Positions 1 through 11,193 of a stretch of 64,000 nt of DNA are shown here, in pieces. The stretch spans positions 62,001-126,000 of the forward strand of contig NIVC01000099.1 of NCBI GenBank assembly GCA_002269645.1, given 5' to 3'. The notes under the pieces are model-generated. The model was given only the letters and a program-made list of their open reading frames with translations, had not been told where the DNA came from and did not search any database. Each line of letters begins with the position of its first letter. Within the stretch, counting starts at the first letter, position 1. This stretch comes from Macrostomum lignano (taxonomy: Eukaryota). The position numbers were made by a program, and so were the translations under genes.

Positions 1-250
1 GAGAGGAGAGGAGAGTATTAGAGAGGAGAGGAGAGGAGAGAATTAGAGAGGAGAGGAGAGGAGAGGAGAGAATTAGAGAGGAGAGGAGAGGAGAGGAGAG
101 AATTATAGAGGAGAGGAGAGAATTAGAGAGGAGAGGAGAGGAGAGAATTAGAGAGGAGAGGAGAGGAGAGAATTAGAGAGGAGAGGAGAGGAGAGGAGAG
201 GAGAGGAGAGGAGGGGAGAGGAGAGGAGAGGAGAGAAGAGAGGAGATTAG
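1..250. repeat. GA-rich simple repeat (GAGAG)n with interspersed AATTA
   Basis: Directly visible gagag/gagaggagag runs. Confidence 0.95.
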
Positions 251-269
251 ATTGGAGAGCTGAGAAGAG

Positions 270-386
270 ACACAAGCCTTGAGCGGGCCGGATCGGTATT
301 GTGCAGTTTCAAAGGACCCGAGGGCCGGACAGAGAGGCTTTGCGGTCAGCATGTAAGACCCGTAGGCCGCAGTTCGCCGACCCCTG
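270..386. mobile_element. Probable right end of a non-autonomous hAT-type DNA transposon
   Basis: 365-386 ggccgcagttcgccgacccctg is the reverse complement of CAGGGGTCGGCGAACTGCGGCC, a typical hAT (Charlie-like) terminal inverted repeat. No matching left end is visible in the window. Confidence 0.5.
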
Positions 387-1427
387 GTTCAGAGTTAACA
401 AAGAGAAAAATCAAGCTTTGCCTCATGTGAGGAGTGAATTAAAAGTACAAAAGGGAATTGAAAGCTGAGGCAATAACAGCGCGCTGGCAGGGGCACAAGT
501 CACTACAAGCCCTAAAGAGGCTTGAAGTCGGTGAAGATCAGGTGTAGAAACGGCAAAACTTCCAGACGCAGCAGATAGTAAGGAAAAATTGGTTAAAAAG
601 TTTAAACAACGAATAAACAAAACATGTTGGCTGTTGTATTTGCGTTCTAAGTCTAATAAAAGTTTCGTTAGTTTAAAACGGCCCTTTTAAGAACACACTC
701 AATGTCGGCCAAAGAACAGAAGATTACAAGTAGGGCCAGGACAAGGACGCAAAGAGCAACCAGAACATTTTTTATTGAAGTTAAAGGCACAGCCAGCACA
801 AGAACCGATTTACTTGAAGTGTTCGATTTTTCTACGAAAGATGAAATTCATTTGATATGACTTGGCAACTCCGAGCATGAGGCCCAGAAGCGTCCCAGAG
901 AGTCACTCGCGTCGCCTCAGAGTCGTTGCAGGTTACGCAGTTAAAGTAAGAAAGCAGTGACTCCAGACGACTCTGAAGCAACGTAGAAAACTCGTCAAAA
1001 GTCGCCCACAGAGCCAATTTGAGGCGTTTTATTGTCTGCGATTCCGGGGCGACACAACCAAGTGACTCTGGAGCCGTAGTCGGACCTGAGGCGTGGTGGA
1101 GTCGCTGTAGAAGCACTGAGTTGCCTCTAGAGCGCATCTGCGTCACTTGATGAACCAGAATCGCATTTTGAAGTTATAACAATTCTACAGTCGCCTCTCA
1201 GTCGCATTGCAGTTGTTTGAGTCGTTAAAAAGTGACGACAAAGTCGCCAAAGAGTTGCAATGAGTCTGAAGCGGTTCTGGTTGCGGTAACGTTCTCAACG
1301 GGATGAAGCCCAGTATGGCAACCGAATGCGTATCAATTTTCAGAAAAATTTAGCAGCTTGAGATGAAAATTGCATTATAGGATTTTTAAAATCTAACAAA
1401 AACGGCCCTTCTCAGGGCGGTCCCACG

Positions 1428-2491
1428 CTACACAATGTTATTCCGCTTAATCAGACACCGGATGGCCTCCGACCGTTCAGCGGCCAGCACCAACTCCGGG
1501 TCCAGCGCGGCGGCGATCTCGTAGTGCTTAGCGGCCTCAAGCCAGTCATTGGAGCCGGCGTGGATGTTGGCCAGGGCCATGTGGCCCGCCGCAGTCGGCT
1601 GAGACTGCGCGAACGCCAGGTCGATCAGGACGAAGGCCAGACGCCGGCCGACTTCATCATACAGACCGAGCAGCTCGGCGAGGCCCAGCAGAGCCACGTG
1701 CCTCGCACCTGCTGGCGCCCAGTCGTGGGCGGTCAGCAGGCACTCGAACGCGGCCGTGTGGTTGCCATGGCGACGGTGCTGCAGCGCTGCCAGCGCGGCC
1801 GAGGCCCAGGCCTCCGAGGACGGCGTGCCCGGCCGCCGGTTCGGCACCAGCCTGGCAATCTCGGCCTCGTTGTTCGCCATGTCCGAGCCGAGGTCCGACC
1901 AGCGCAAGCCCAGGCCGGACAGCAGTTCGGCCAGCTGGCCGCCCAGCCGCTTATTGGCCTCGGATAAGGCGGCAACCGGCTCAGCGTCCGGACGGAAGAA
2001 TTTCCGGCCAAGCTGGGCCTCGGCCAGCAGCCGGCGAAGTTGCTGCTGGCCTTCGCGCAGCGGTGCTGAGAAAGTGGAGGCGGCAGGCGCCGCGGGGCCC
2101 TGCTGGAGCATCTGCTGCTGCTGTTGTTGCTGCTGCTGGGTGTCCTCGGCCAGCAGGTCGGCCGCAGTGGTCGGGCAGGCGGGCGCCGCGCCAGAGGCCA
2201 GCGACTCAGCTGTGGCGGCGGGGAGTCGGGTGTCGTTGGCCTCCATGTCTGCGGCCGCGGCAACAGAGTCGCTCGAGTTCGCCGCCATCTCGTTGCCGCC
2301 GCTGGCATTTTTTGACACCGCAGGCGCCGAGGCCTGGCGGAGTCGCCGCTGGAAATCGAGGTGCAGCCGGCGCCGCTTGTGCAGCCGGGATAGCCGGTCC
2401 AGCAGCAGGTCGCCCGGCCAGGTGGGCGGCTCGGGTTCCGCAAGGCTGGCGGCAGATGGACAGCTGCAGGATAAAGTGGGGAGCTGGTATA

Positions 2492-2536
<45 letters not shown>

Positions 2537-2539
2537 GGC

Positions 2540-2580
<41 letters not shown>

Positions 2581-2583
2581 GGC

Positions 2584-2628
<45 letters not shown>

Positions 2629-5600
2629 GGCAGGCAGACAGGCAGACAGACAGCAGAAAGCGGACAACAGAAAGCGGACAGCGGACAACAGAAAGTGGAC
2701 AGCAGACAGCAGAACATGGACAGCAGACGGCAGAGAGCGGACAGCGGACAACAGAAAGTGAACAGAGACAACAGAACATGGACAGCATACCCCTCCAGGT
2801 TCAGCTGGCTCAGCGGGGGTCTCCCGGCCTGCAGCAGCTCGGCGTGCCGGTCGATGAGCCTCTGCAGTCGGTTGACGAACTCGACGGTCTCAGCGAGGAC
2901 CTTCGCTGCTGCAGTGGCGGCGGCGAGTTTCTGGCAGCCGGGCGACTGCGAGCTGTCGTTGAAGACCACGCAGTCAGCTCCAGACGGGTCGGCAGCGGCA
3001 CCGCTGCGGTCAGAGTTGAACAGCAGGCCCTTGATCACAGCCTGGCTGTTGTCCTTGCGCGGCAGCAGGTGAATGTGCGGCACCCTGCGGATTGGCAGTC
3101 ATTGGCAGTCATGGATGCTTTATTGGGATGGGTTCATGGACTCAAGAGGATCTGTAAGAATAGAGCGCAAGGGTCCAAGACAGGACACCATAATAGAATA
3201 GTTGCCAGTTTGACAGCGTGTCAGCGTCATCTAAGTACCCCGAGGACCTCTGAGGTACCCACAGGACACACTCAGGTACCCTCAGGACAGCCGCACAGAT
3301 ACCCCCGGACACAGCCGCCCAGCTACTCCCCGGACACAGCCGCACAGATACCCCTGGACACAGCCGCCCAGCTACTCCCCGGACACAGCCGCACAGATAC
3401 CCTCGGACACAGCCGCCCAGCTACTCCCCGGACACAGCCCACAGATACCCCCGGACACAGCCGCCCAGCTACTCCCCGGACACAGCCGCCCAGCTACTCC
3501 CCGGACACAGCCCACAGATACCCCCGGACACAGCCGCCCAGCTACTCCCCGGACACAGCCGCCCAGCTACTCCCCGGACACAGCCGCACGCCCGCACAGA
3601 TACCCCCGGACACAGCCCGGACAGCCGCCCAGCTACTCCCAGGACACAGCTGCACAGATACCCCCGGACACAGCCGCACAGATACCCCCGGACACAGCAC
3701 AGATGCACAGCCAGACAGCTCACTTGAAGGCGATGGAATTGGCGGGCGCAAGGCACTCGGAAGCCGAGTACTGCATGTAGTGGGAGTACAGGTCGCAGAT
3801 CTTCTCCTGAAAGTGCGCCCGCAGCTCCGCACAGGCGTGCCGGCCGCGGCAGGGCCGGTCCGGATCGAACGGGCTGCTGGCGCTGTGACCGCCGATCCCG
3901 GCGGCTTCGGCCGAGCGGCGCTGGCACCGGACAGCGGCCAGCCTGGCGGTGAGGTCGGCGGCCCGCTCCGGGTCCTGGCGCATGGCGGCCAGATAGTGCG
4001 CCTCAGCTCCGGAGTAATTGGAGAGGCTGGGCGAGAGTGTTAAGTTAAATATATATTGTAAAATAATGTTGAGAAGGGCGACTGGAAATTAAACAGACTT
4101 AGTGGCACAGGGACAGCACACAGCGGTAGCATATTCTTGGATATTGCTCAGGCTGTACCTGAGGGTTGTAGCTCAGTGGTCAGAGCGTCGGACTCACGAC
4201 TGAAAGGTCAGGAGTTCGATTCTCGACCCACTCAACAATTTGTGTCCTTGAGCAAGACATTTAAGTCTGCATTGCTTCAGTTCACTCAGCTGTGAAATGG
4301 GTGCCAGCATTAGCTGGGGTAATTGATGGTGTGCGTGGTGACCCCTTCCCCCCCCCAGTCTTTGGACTGAACAGCCGTACGCAGCCTTCAGATACAGCTG
4401 CGGCTGAGCTGTCGGTTACACAGGTAACAGCACAGGTGGTTTCACAGGTAACAGCACAGGTGGTTTCACAGGTAACAGCACAGGTGGTTACACAGGTAAC
4501 AGCAGAGGTGGTTACACAGATAACAGCACAAGTGGTTACACAGGTAACAGCAGAGGTGGTTGCACAGATAACAGCACAGGTGGTTACACAGGTAACAGCA
4601 GAGGTGGTTTCACAGGTAACAGCACAGGTGGTTACACAGGTAACAGCACAAGTGGTTACACAGGTAACAGCACAGGTGGTTACACAGGTAACAGCACAGG
4701 TGGTTACACAGGTAACAGCACAGGTGGTTACACAGGTAACAGCACAGGTGGTTTCACAGGTAACAGGAGAGGTGGTTACACAGGTAACAGCACAGGTGGT
4801 TACACAGGTAACAGCACAGGTGGTTACACAGGTAACAGCACAAGTGGTTACACAGGTAACAGCACAGGTGGTTTCACAGGTAACAGCACAGGTGGTTACA
4901 CAGGTAACAGCACAGGTGGTTACACAGGTAACAGCACAGGTGGTTACACAGGTAACAGCACAGGTGGTTTCACAGGTAACAGCACAGGTGGTTACACAGG
5001 TAACAGCACAGGTGGTTTCACAGGTAACAGCACAGGTGGTTACACAGGTAACAGCACAGGTGGTTACACAGTTAACAGCACAGGTGGTTTCACAGGTAAC
5101 AGCACAGGTGGTTACACAGGTAACAGCACAGGTGGTTACACAGGTAACAGCACAGGTGGTTACACAGGTAACAGCACAGATAGTTACACAGTTAACAGCA
5201 CAGGTGGTTACACAGGTAACAGCAGAGGTGGTTACACAGGTAACAGCACAGGTAGTTTCACAGGTAACAGCACAGGTGGTTACACAGGTAACAGCACAGG
5301 TGGTTACACAGGTAACAGCACAGGTGGTTACACAGGTAACAGCACAGGTGGTTTCACAGGTAACAGCACAGGTGGTTACACAGGTAACAGCACAGGTGGT
5401 TACACAGGTAACAGCACAGGTGGTTACACAGGTAACAGCACAGGTGGTTACACAGGTAACAGCACAGGTGGTTACACAGGTAACAGCACAGGTGGTTACA
5501 CAGGTAACAGCACAGGTGGTTACACAGTTAACAGCACAGGTGGTTACACAGGTAGCAGCACAGGTGGTTACACAGGTAACAGCACAGGTAGTTTCACAGG

Positions 5601-8600
5601 TGCCCCATACCCAGCAAGCAGGTGGCCATGCATAGCATGCACAGCGGGCTCCAAGGCGCCGGGTCCGGCCAAGGCATCCGCAGTGAGGCTGGCCGCGTCG
5701 GCCAGGTGTCCGGAGCGGGCCAGCATGCCGGCCAGACAGAGCAGCGGCACGTCCCTGTAGTTGTCCGGCGCCAGGAAGATCGCGCGGCGCAGACAATCGA
5801 CGCTGCGTCTTGGACTGGCTCGGACGCGCCAAAAAGCACCGGCCAGGGTGAACAGCGCCCACTGCGGGCCGCCCCGGCCGGAGCGCAGGCCAGTCAGCAG
5901 GCGCTGTCCGAGATCGTCCAGGTGCATGCGGAGTGACAGGCCGCCAAGCAGCGGCTCGGCCGGCTCCGGCTGCATGGAAGCAAAGCCGTCCATTGGCTGG
6001 CGCTGCTGATGACGGCTGCTGGACGCAGACGATTGCTGGCCCACGGACGGGTCGGCGGCCCGGGCGAGTTTCACAGCCTCCAAGTGGTCGCCTGTGAGCC
6101 GGCTGGGCTGCGGATCCGGGAACTCGGAGCAGTCTGGCGGATACCTGAAGTGGCCAAGGCGAATGGAACCAACAGTTGCTAAGGGAAATGCTTTGGAACC
6201 AACCGTTGCTAAGGGAAATGCTTTGGAACCAACCTTTGCGAAGGCGAATGATTTGGAGCCAACCGTTGCTAAGGGGAATGATTTAGAACCAACCGTTGCT
6301 AAGGGGAATGCTCGCTATCACCGGTTTGCTAAGGTGCATTGCCTCGTTATTAACGGTTGCTAAGATGCATAGCTTCGCTATCAACGGTTGCTAAGGACCA
6401 TAGCTTCGCTATCAACGGTTGCTAAGGACCACAGCTTCGCTATCAACGGTTGCTAAGGACCATAGCTTTGCTTTCAACGGTTGCCAAGGTGCAGTGCTCA
6501 GACTTACCAGGGCAGCGGGTGCTCGTCGCCAATCCGAATGCCCAGGCCGTCAGTCAGCATGGCAACGGATTCGAATCCTTTGTTCTCCAGAGGCACATGC
6601 TCCGAAGGCACGGACTGCAGGTCGCTGCCACTGGTCTCGCCGTGGGATCTGCACTCGGACGGCGAAGGGAAGGCGCTGGCGTTAACCAGGTAGCGCAGAG
6701 CTTCGGGCAGGTCGATTCTTGGTGCTTGGTGCACAGGCGGTCGGCGCGGCTGGCTGAAGTCCGCCGCCGACGGCTGCAGGCTTGGCGAAGACGCCGAAGA
6801 CGAGGCGGCGGCGGCGGTCGGTTGAGCGGCTGGCGACAAAGACGGATGCCGGGCAAGGTACTCCTGGTAGGCGGCCTCTGAGGCTTTACGGGCCTGCGCA
6901 GATCCGGCAGAAAAAAATTTCGGATTGCAAAACACTTGCTTACATACCAATGCTCGCTGGTAGTGGTCTAGGATACTACTGTCCTCTATTACTCATACTT
7001 GGGGGAGAGCTGCGCGAGGAGGGGAGAAGAGGGACGTTAGAGACAGGATTGGGAACATCGAGAGGAGGGGAGGGAGAGGAAAAGGAGGCAGATGAGGCAG
7101 ATGAGGAAGAGGGGAGGATGGTAGAAGGGAGAGGATGGGGAGAAGGGAGAGGATGGGGATGAGAGAGAGGATGGGGGAGAGGGAGAGGAAGGAGAGGAGG
7201 GGGAGAGGATAGGGAGAAGGGAGAGGTGGGGAGAGGAGAGGAGAGAAGGTCCGCTCACCTGCAGAGGCGCAACCTCGCTGGCCGCGAGCTCCTTAGCCCT
7301 GGCCAGCGCCTCGGACCTCGCATGGAAGCGCTGGACGCGCGCCATCGCGGCGCCAACCTGACGGTTCTGCTGGCGCAGGCTGGATTCGAGGCCAAGCTGG
7401 CAGCGAACTGCGGCCGCTTTGCGCTGAGCGTCGGCGCGCAAAGCTAAAACGGCGCCGGCCGAAGGCGCCGCTTTGCTGGTGAGGCTGCTGTCGGACGGAG
7501 TCGCCTCAGGAAGCGACGGCTTCTCGGCTTTCCCAGACTTTTTATCGCCAGTGGCTGGCTGCTGCTGCTGCTGTTTCTCCGCGGCCGGCGGCGAGCTCAG
7601 CGGCAAAGCCAGGGCGGACTGGAGAAAAAAGGCGAACAAAATATTTCCATTTTTACTGACAGTAGAGCAGTGTGAAAACTTATCTATGACTGTCACAAAT
7701 AGTAAATACACATTTAATAGACGAATTAAATAAACGGGAAAATGTGTTTTGTTCTACTGCAAGTAGACAGCATGGAGCATCACCTAATTTTAGAAAGACC
7801 GAAAATTCTCATTTTGCCTGTAGCTTTCAATAAAGGCTGGCAGGCTCACCTGATAAGCCCGCAGAGCGGCTGGAAAGTCGGCCAGCAGAGTCAGCACGTT
7901 GCCTAGCAACATGTAGGCCGCCTGGGAGCGCGAATTTATAGCCAGAGCGGAGCGCAGCACAGTCAAAGCGTCGGAGTGGCGCTTAGCGGCGTGCAGGAGG
8001 CTGGCGAGGTTCAGCAGCACCGCGTCTCGGCTGTGGTGGCTGCAGCGACGGGGAGGCACTGGATGCACCGTGCTGACGAGTTTAGGCAGGCAGACAGACA
8101 GACAAACAGGCAGACAGACAGAGAAAGATAAACAGACAGACAGGCAGACAGACAGACAAACAGGCAGACAGACAGAGAAAGAGAGGCAGACAGACAGGCA
8201 GACAGACAGACGCACCTGGCAAGCCGCAGGGCCCGCAGCGCACACTCGGCAGCCCTGGGCGCGTCCCCCTTGATCCGCCAGTAGTAGCTGGCCATGTTGT
8301 GCAGGTGCCAGGAGCTGGCGTTGGCCGCCATGGCCTCCCCGATGAGGTGTCCGTATTGGTCCGGCGTCAGGCCGCCCGGCACGGCCGTCCGGTACAGGAA
8401 AATGTCGGGCGGAGCCTCCAATTCGGCGCGGTGGCGCACCGAGGCCACGTGCTCAAGCGAGTCCATTGAGAAGGGCAGCTCCATGGCAGCCTCGCAGTCG
8501 GGCACCTGGACAGGCCGGGGGGGAGGAAGGGCAGGGTGGATATGAAGGATACTCGACTGAGAAGGACAAGAACGAGACAGACACAAAACTCTGAAGATGA

Positions 8601-9360
8601 GACATAGAGAAAGGCCAAAAAGACAAGCAAAAGAACCTTAAAAAAACACATTGGGATGGGATCAAGTGCAAAGCGGTTGAGCCAGACAAGTAGGCAGACA
8701 AAAGTGCAAGTTCAGACAAAAGTGCAAGGCGGGTCAGCTAGACAAGTAGGCAGACAAAAGTGCAAGTTCAGACAAAAGTGCAAGGCGGGTCAGCTAGACA
8801 AGTAGGCAGGCAAAAGTGCAAGGCGGGTCAGCCAGACAAGTAGGCAGACAAAAGTGCAAGTTCAGACAAAAGACGTGAAAAGTGCAAGGTGGGAGGCGCA
8901 CCAGCAGGCTGACGGCTCGCCAGGCTGTGTCGGGCTTGGCCCCCAGATCCAGGCCCGGGTCCAGGGGCACGGACACGAACAAGTCGAGGTCCTGCAGCGG
9001 CTTCCCGGCGGCTACGCAGTCGGCGTTGCTCCGCTGAAACTGTTCAACAAAAGCGTCGTCCTTGGCCGGCATGGACTCCAGCGTGGCGTCGGACTCGGCC
9101 AGCTCGCGCTCCAGGCTGTCCAGCAGCTGCAGCCGCTCCCACTGGCGCAGCCACTCGGCCAGGTCGGCCGGCCGGCGCATGGACAGCCGGGATTGCTCGG
9201 CCGGCAGCGGCTGCGGCAGGCCGCCATCTGGGGAGGCCACCCAGTGGGTTGAGGCCGATGCGGGCAAAGGATGAGGAGGCCAGACTGGCTGGATGAGCAG
9301 CAGCAGCAGCTGCACCAGGTACTGCAGTGGCTTTGACTGCAGCAGATTTAAGGATGGCAA
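1428..9360 (-). CDS. TTC17: Tetratricopeptide repeat protein 17 homologue, 9 exons
   Basis: Exons with phase-compatible GT-AG junctions: ~9360-8902, 8505-8216, 8039-7850, 7618-7259, 6894-6508, 6144-5611, 4026-3724, 3084-2791, 2463-1428 (TAG). Motifs match remembered TTC17 blocks: THWVASPDG..SMRRPADL..NADCVAAGKPLQDLDL; WHLHNMASYYWRIKGDAPRAAECALRAL; DAVLLNLASLLH; VRCQLGLESSLRQQ; WALFTLAGAFWRV..DCLRRAIFLAPDNYRDVPLLCLA; C-terminal DPELVLAAERSEAIRC. The start codon is uncertain (see findings). Confidence 0.92.
2494..2775. repeat. (GACA)n microsatellite followed by degenerate ~14-21 bp repeats in TTC17 intron 8
   Basis: Visible gacagaca runs, then cagaaagcggacag-type units. Confidence 0.9.
3290..3705. 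repeat. Two-unit minisatellite (ggacacagccgcccagctactcccc / ggacacagccgcacagatacccc) in TTC17 intron 7
   Basis: Alternating ~23-25 bp units are directly visible. Confidence 0.9.
4163..4394 (+). mobile_element. tRNA-derived SINE with CORE domain
   Basis: tRNA-like head GGGTTGTAGCTCAGTGGTCAGAGCGTCGGACTCACGACTGAAAGGTCAGGAGTTCGATTCTCGACCC with A and B boxes. It is followed by TGTGTCCTTGAGCAAGACATTTAAGTCTGCATTGCTTCAGTTCACTCAGCTGTGAAATGGG, which aligns by eye to the MIR CORE consensus. A second copy lies at 16803-17026. Confidence 0.85.
4417..5600. repeat. 24-bp minisatellite (cacaggtggttacacaggtaacag), ~49 copies, in TTC17 intron 6
   Basis: Directly visible tandem array. Confidence 0.97.
6165..6490. 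repeat. Degenerate ~30-bp tandem repeats with a caac(c/g)gttgctaagg core in TTC17 intron 5
   Basis: Two sub-arrays share the gttgctaagg core. Confidence 0.8.
7040..7245. repeat. Purine (GA)-rich low-complexity tract in TTC17 intron 4
   Basis: Visible gagaggatgggg/gagagg runs. Confidence 0.85.
8085..8210. repeat. (GACA)n microsatellite in TTC17 intron 2
   Basis: Directly visible. Confidence 0.9.
8684..8890. repeat. Degenerate tandem repeat (agacaagtaggcagacaaaagtgcaag...) in TTC17 intron 1
   Basis: Repeated agacaagtaggcag and aaaagtgcaag modules. Confidence 0.8.
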
Positions 9361-9511
9361 AAATTTGGTTGCATCGTTTCTTCTCTAGAGCTCAGCAGTG
9401 CTATGCTGTGATCAAGGCTATGGCCATAGACTATGGCAACTTTAGTAAAATGGCTCAAGAGTTCAAGACTCTGAAATCTGCAGTTGCTTTAGTTCACCAA
9501 GCTATAGAATG

Positions 9512-9545
9512 GAGACCAGCATTAGCTGGGGTAATTGACAGTGTG
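9512..9545 (+). mobile_element. Short internal fragment of the same SINE family
   Basis: ccagcattagctggggtaattga is identical to the SINE body at ~4303-4326. Confidence 0.6.
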
Positions 9546-10897
9546 CACGTATGTGGTGAGTAGCCATGTGAGTAGCCATGTACTGCTTAATAGCTACATA
9601 ATATGCAATAGCATATCTGCCCTTTAGGAGACATTTAATCAATTATTGTTATTATTACTACTAAATAAAAGTAAACAAAATTATCTTAAAATGGTAGCAT
9701 ATATAAATAAGATAATAAAGAATTGCAATATAAATAATAAGTGCAAAAATTATTTATCAATTTATTGATATTATATTGATCATTTTGCAATATACCTGCC
9801 TTGGTCATAGTTTAAACCTTGCTCATATTTGAATTTAGATAGATTATTAAAGGGACTAGTGTGTAAATGAAAGTGGCTGTATTGATATATAAAATACACT
9901 TTAAAAAGTTTGAACTTTTGATAAGTGATAATAACCTACAGTTAAAAAAGGTAGCATAGCATATCTCTGAATATATATTTTGATACAATCTATACCATAG
10001 TCAGGAAGATGACTTTTTTTCACAGAAAATTCTAGCATAGAAGGGGGTTGGACTTGCACCACATCCCTGCGCAACAGCAAGCAATGAAGAAAAATCTAGC
10101 ACAGTATGGCACAAGAGTCAAGACAAAAAAATTGGTGCATTTTATTGCAAGACAAAAACTTTCCACAAGACAATATTTTTGCACACAGAAAATTAGCATA
10201 TACTTTTTTTATTAGCACTTCTTTGTTGATAGTTTTTTATTAATTAAAATATGTTAACATTGCATTTTCTATGAAACAGATTAAAATAAAAGTTTTATTG
10301 GTATTTTTCAAATGGAAAATACTGATTCTTGTGTTTTTGTATTTTTCAAAAAGTTCTAGCACAGTGCAAGCAGACTTCTTTGAATAGGAATAGTTATAGT
10401 ACAAGTAGCCACCAAACTTTTTTAATAATATTTTTCTGGCACATGGCAAAATCAAACTTATTTGATAGGATTTGTTCTAGTGTAGGCATGCCATGATCCT
10501 GACTATGGAATCTATGTACTGTCCATTAGAGGTGTCATTAGAGCTTGACAACATGAGATTCAAGATGAGATCTTGAAATTTTTTCTCATCTCAAGAAATC
10601 TCAACTTTTGTGGAAAGTTTCGAGATGAGATTTGAGAAATTGAGAAATTTTTGGATTGCTAAAAACAAAATTTTTGATTAAGAAAGTATGTGAAAAGGCA
10701 AGTATTTTTTCAAAACACCTAAATACTATTGTTGAACCTGTGCTTTTTGTTTGAATATTTTAGCAAGACGATTTTGAAATGGATAAATTCTGTGATAGGT
10801 TAGGTTAGTTGAGCAGTTTCATATCATTGTAATAAATGCAAGCATTGTTATAAATGCTAACATATAAACTTGTTCTAATAGTAGTAGTACACTTTTT

Positions 10898-11193
10898 GGC
10901 AATGGCTAGAGTTCCAGCACTGGAACCTGTTTTCTAACATCTATAGATCCGGCAGTGCATTAAAATATAGATAGAACATAATATTTTTCTTTCTACAGGT
11001 GGCTGATATTGAGATTTTGTTCTATATAAGATTCAAGACTATATGATACGATTTGAAACAAGATTCTTCAAGGCCTAATGTTCAGACTTCTTAAGATATG
11101 TTCTTAGTAGTGTTTTTGTATGCTTTTATATGGCACTGCCAGATCCATAGCTGTTAGAAAATGGGTTCCAGTGCTGGAACTCTAGCCATTACC
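10898..11193. mobile_element. MITE (non-autonomous DNA transposon), ~61-bp TIRs, 9-bp TSD; Merlin- or Mutator-type
   Basis: Left end GGCAATGGCTAGAGTTCCAGCACTGGAACC... pairs with right end ...GGTTCCAGTGCTGGAACTCTAGCCATTACC over ~61 bp with about 7 mismatches. ACACTTTTT flanks both sides (10889-10897 and 11194-11202). Confidence 0.88.

Noticed and set aside
1733-3072. Long overlapping ORFs with SVCL / TDRQ runs
   Set aside because: They are a (GACA)n intron read-through plus alternative or antisense frames of GC-rich TTC17 exons.
4163-4232. Possible tRNA gene (also at ~16958-17026)
   Set aside because: The acceptor stem and arms are imperfect and the sequence runs straight into a CORE domain in both copies, so these are SINE heads.
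4282-5862. 526-aa and 447-aa ORFs of CVTTCAVT / VTAQVVTQ repeats (metallothionein- or mucin-like appearance)
   Set aside because: They are translations of a 24-bp intronic minisatellite lying between two phase-compatible TTC17 exons.
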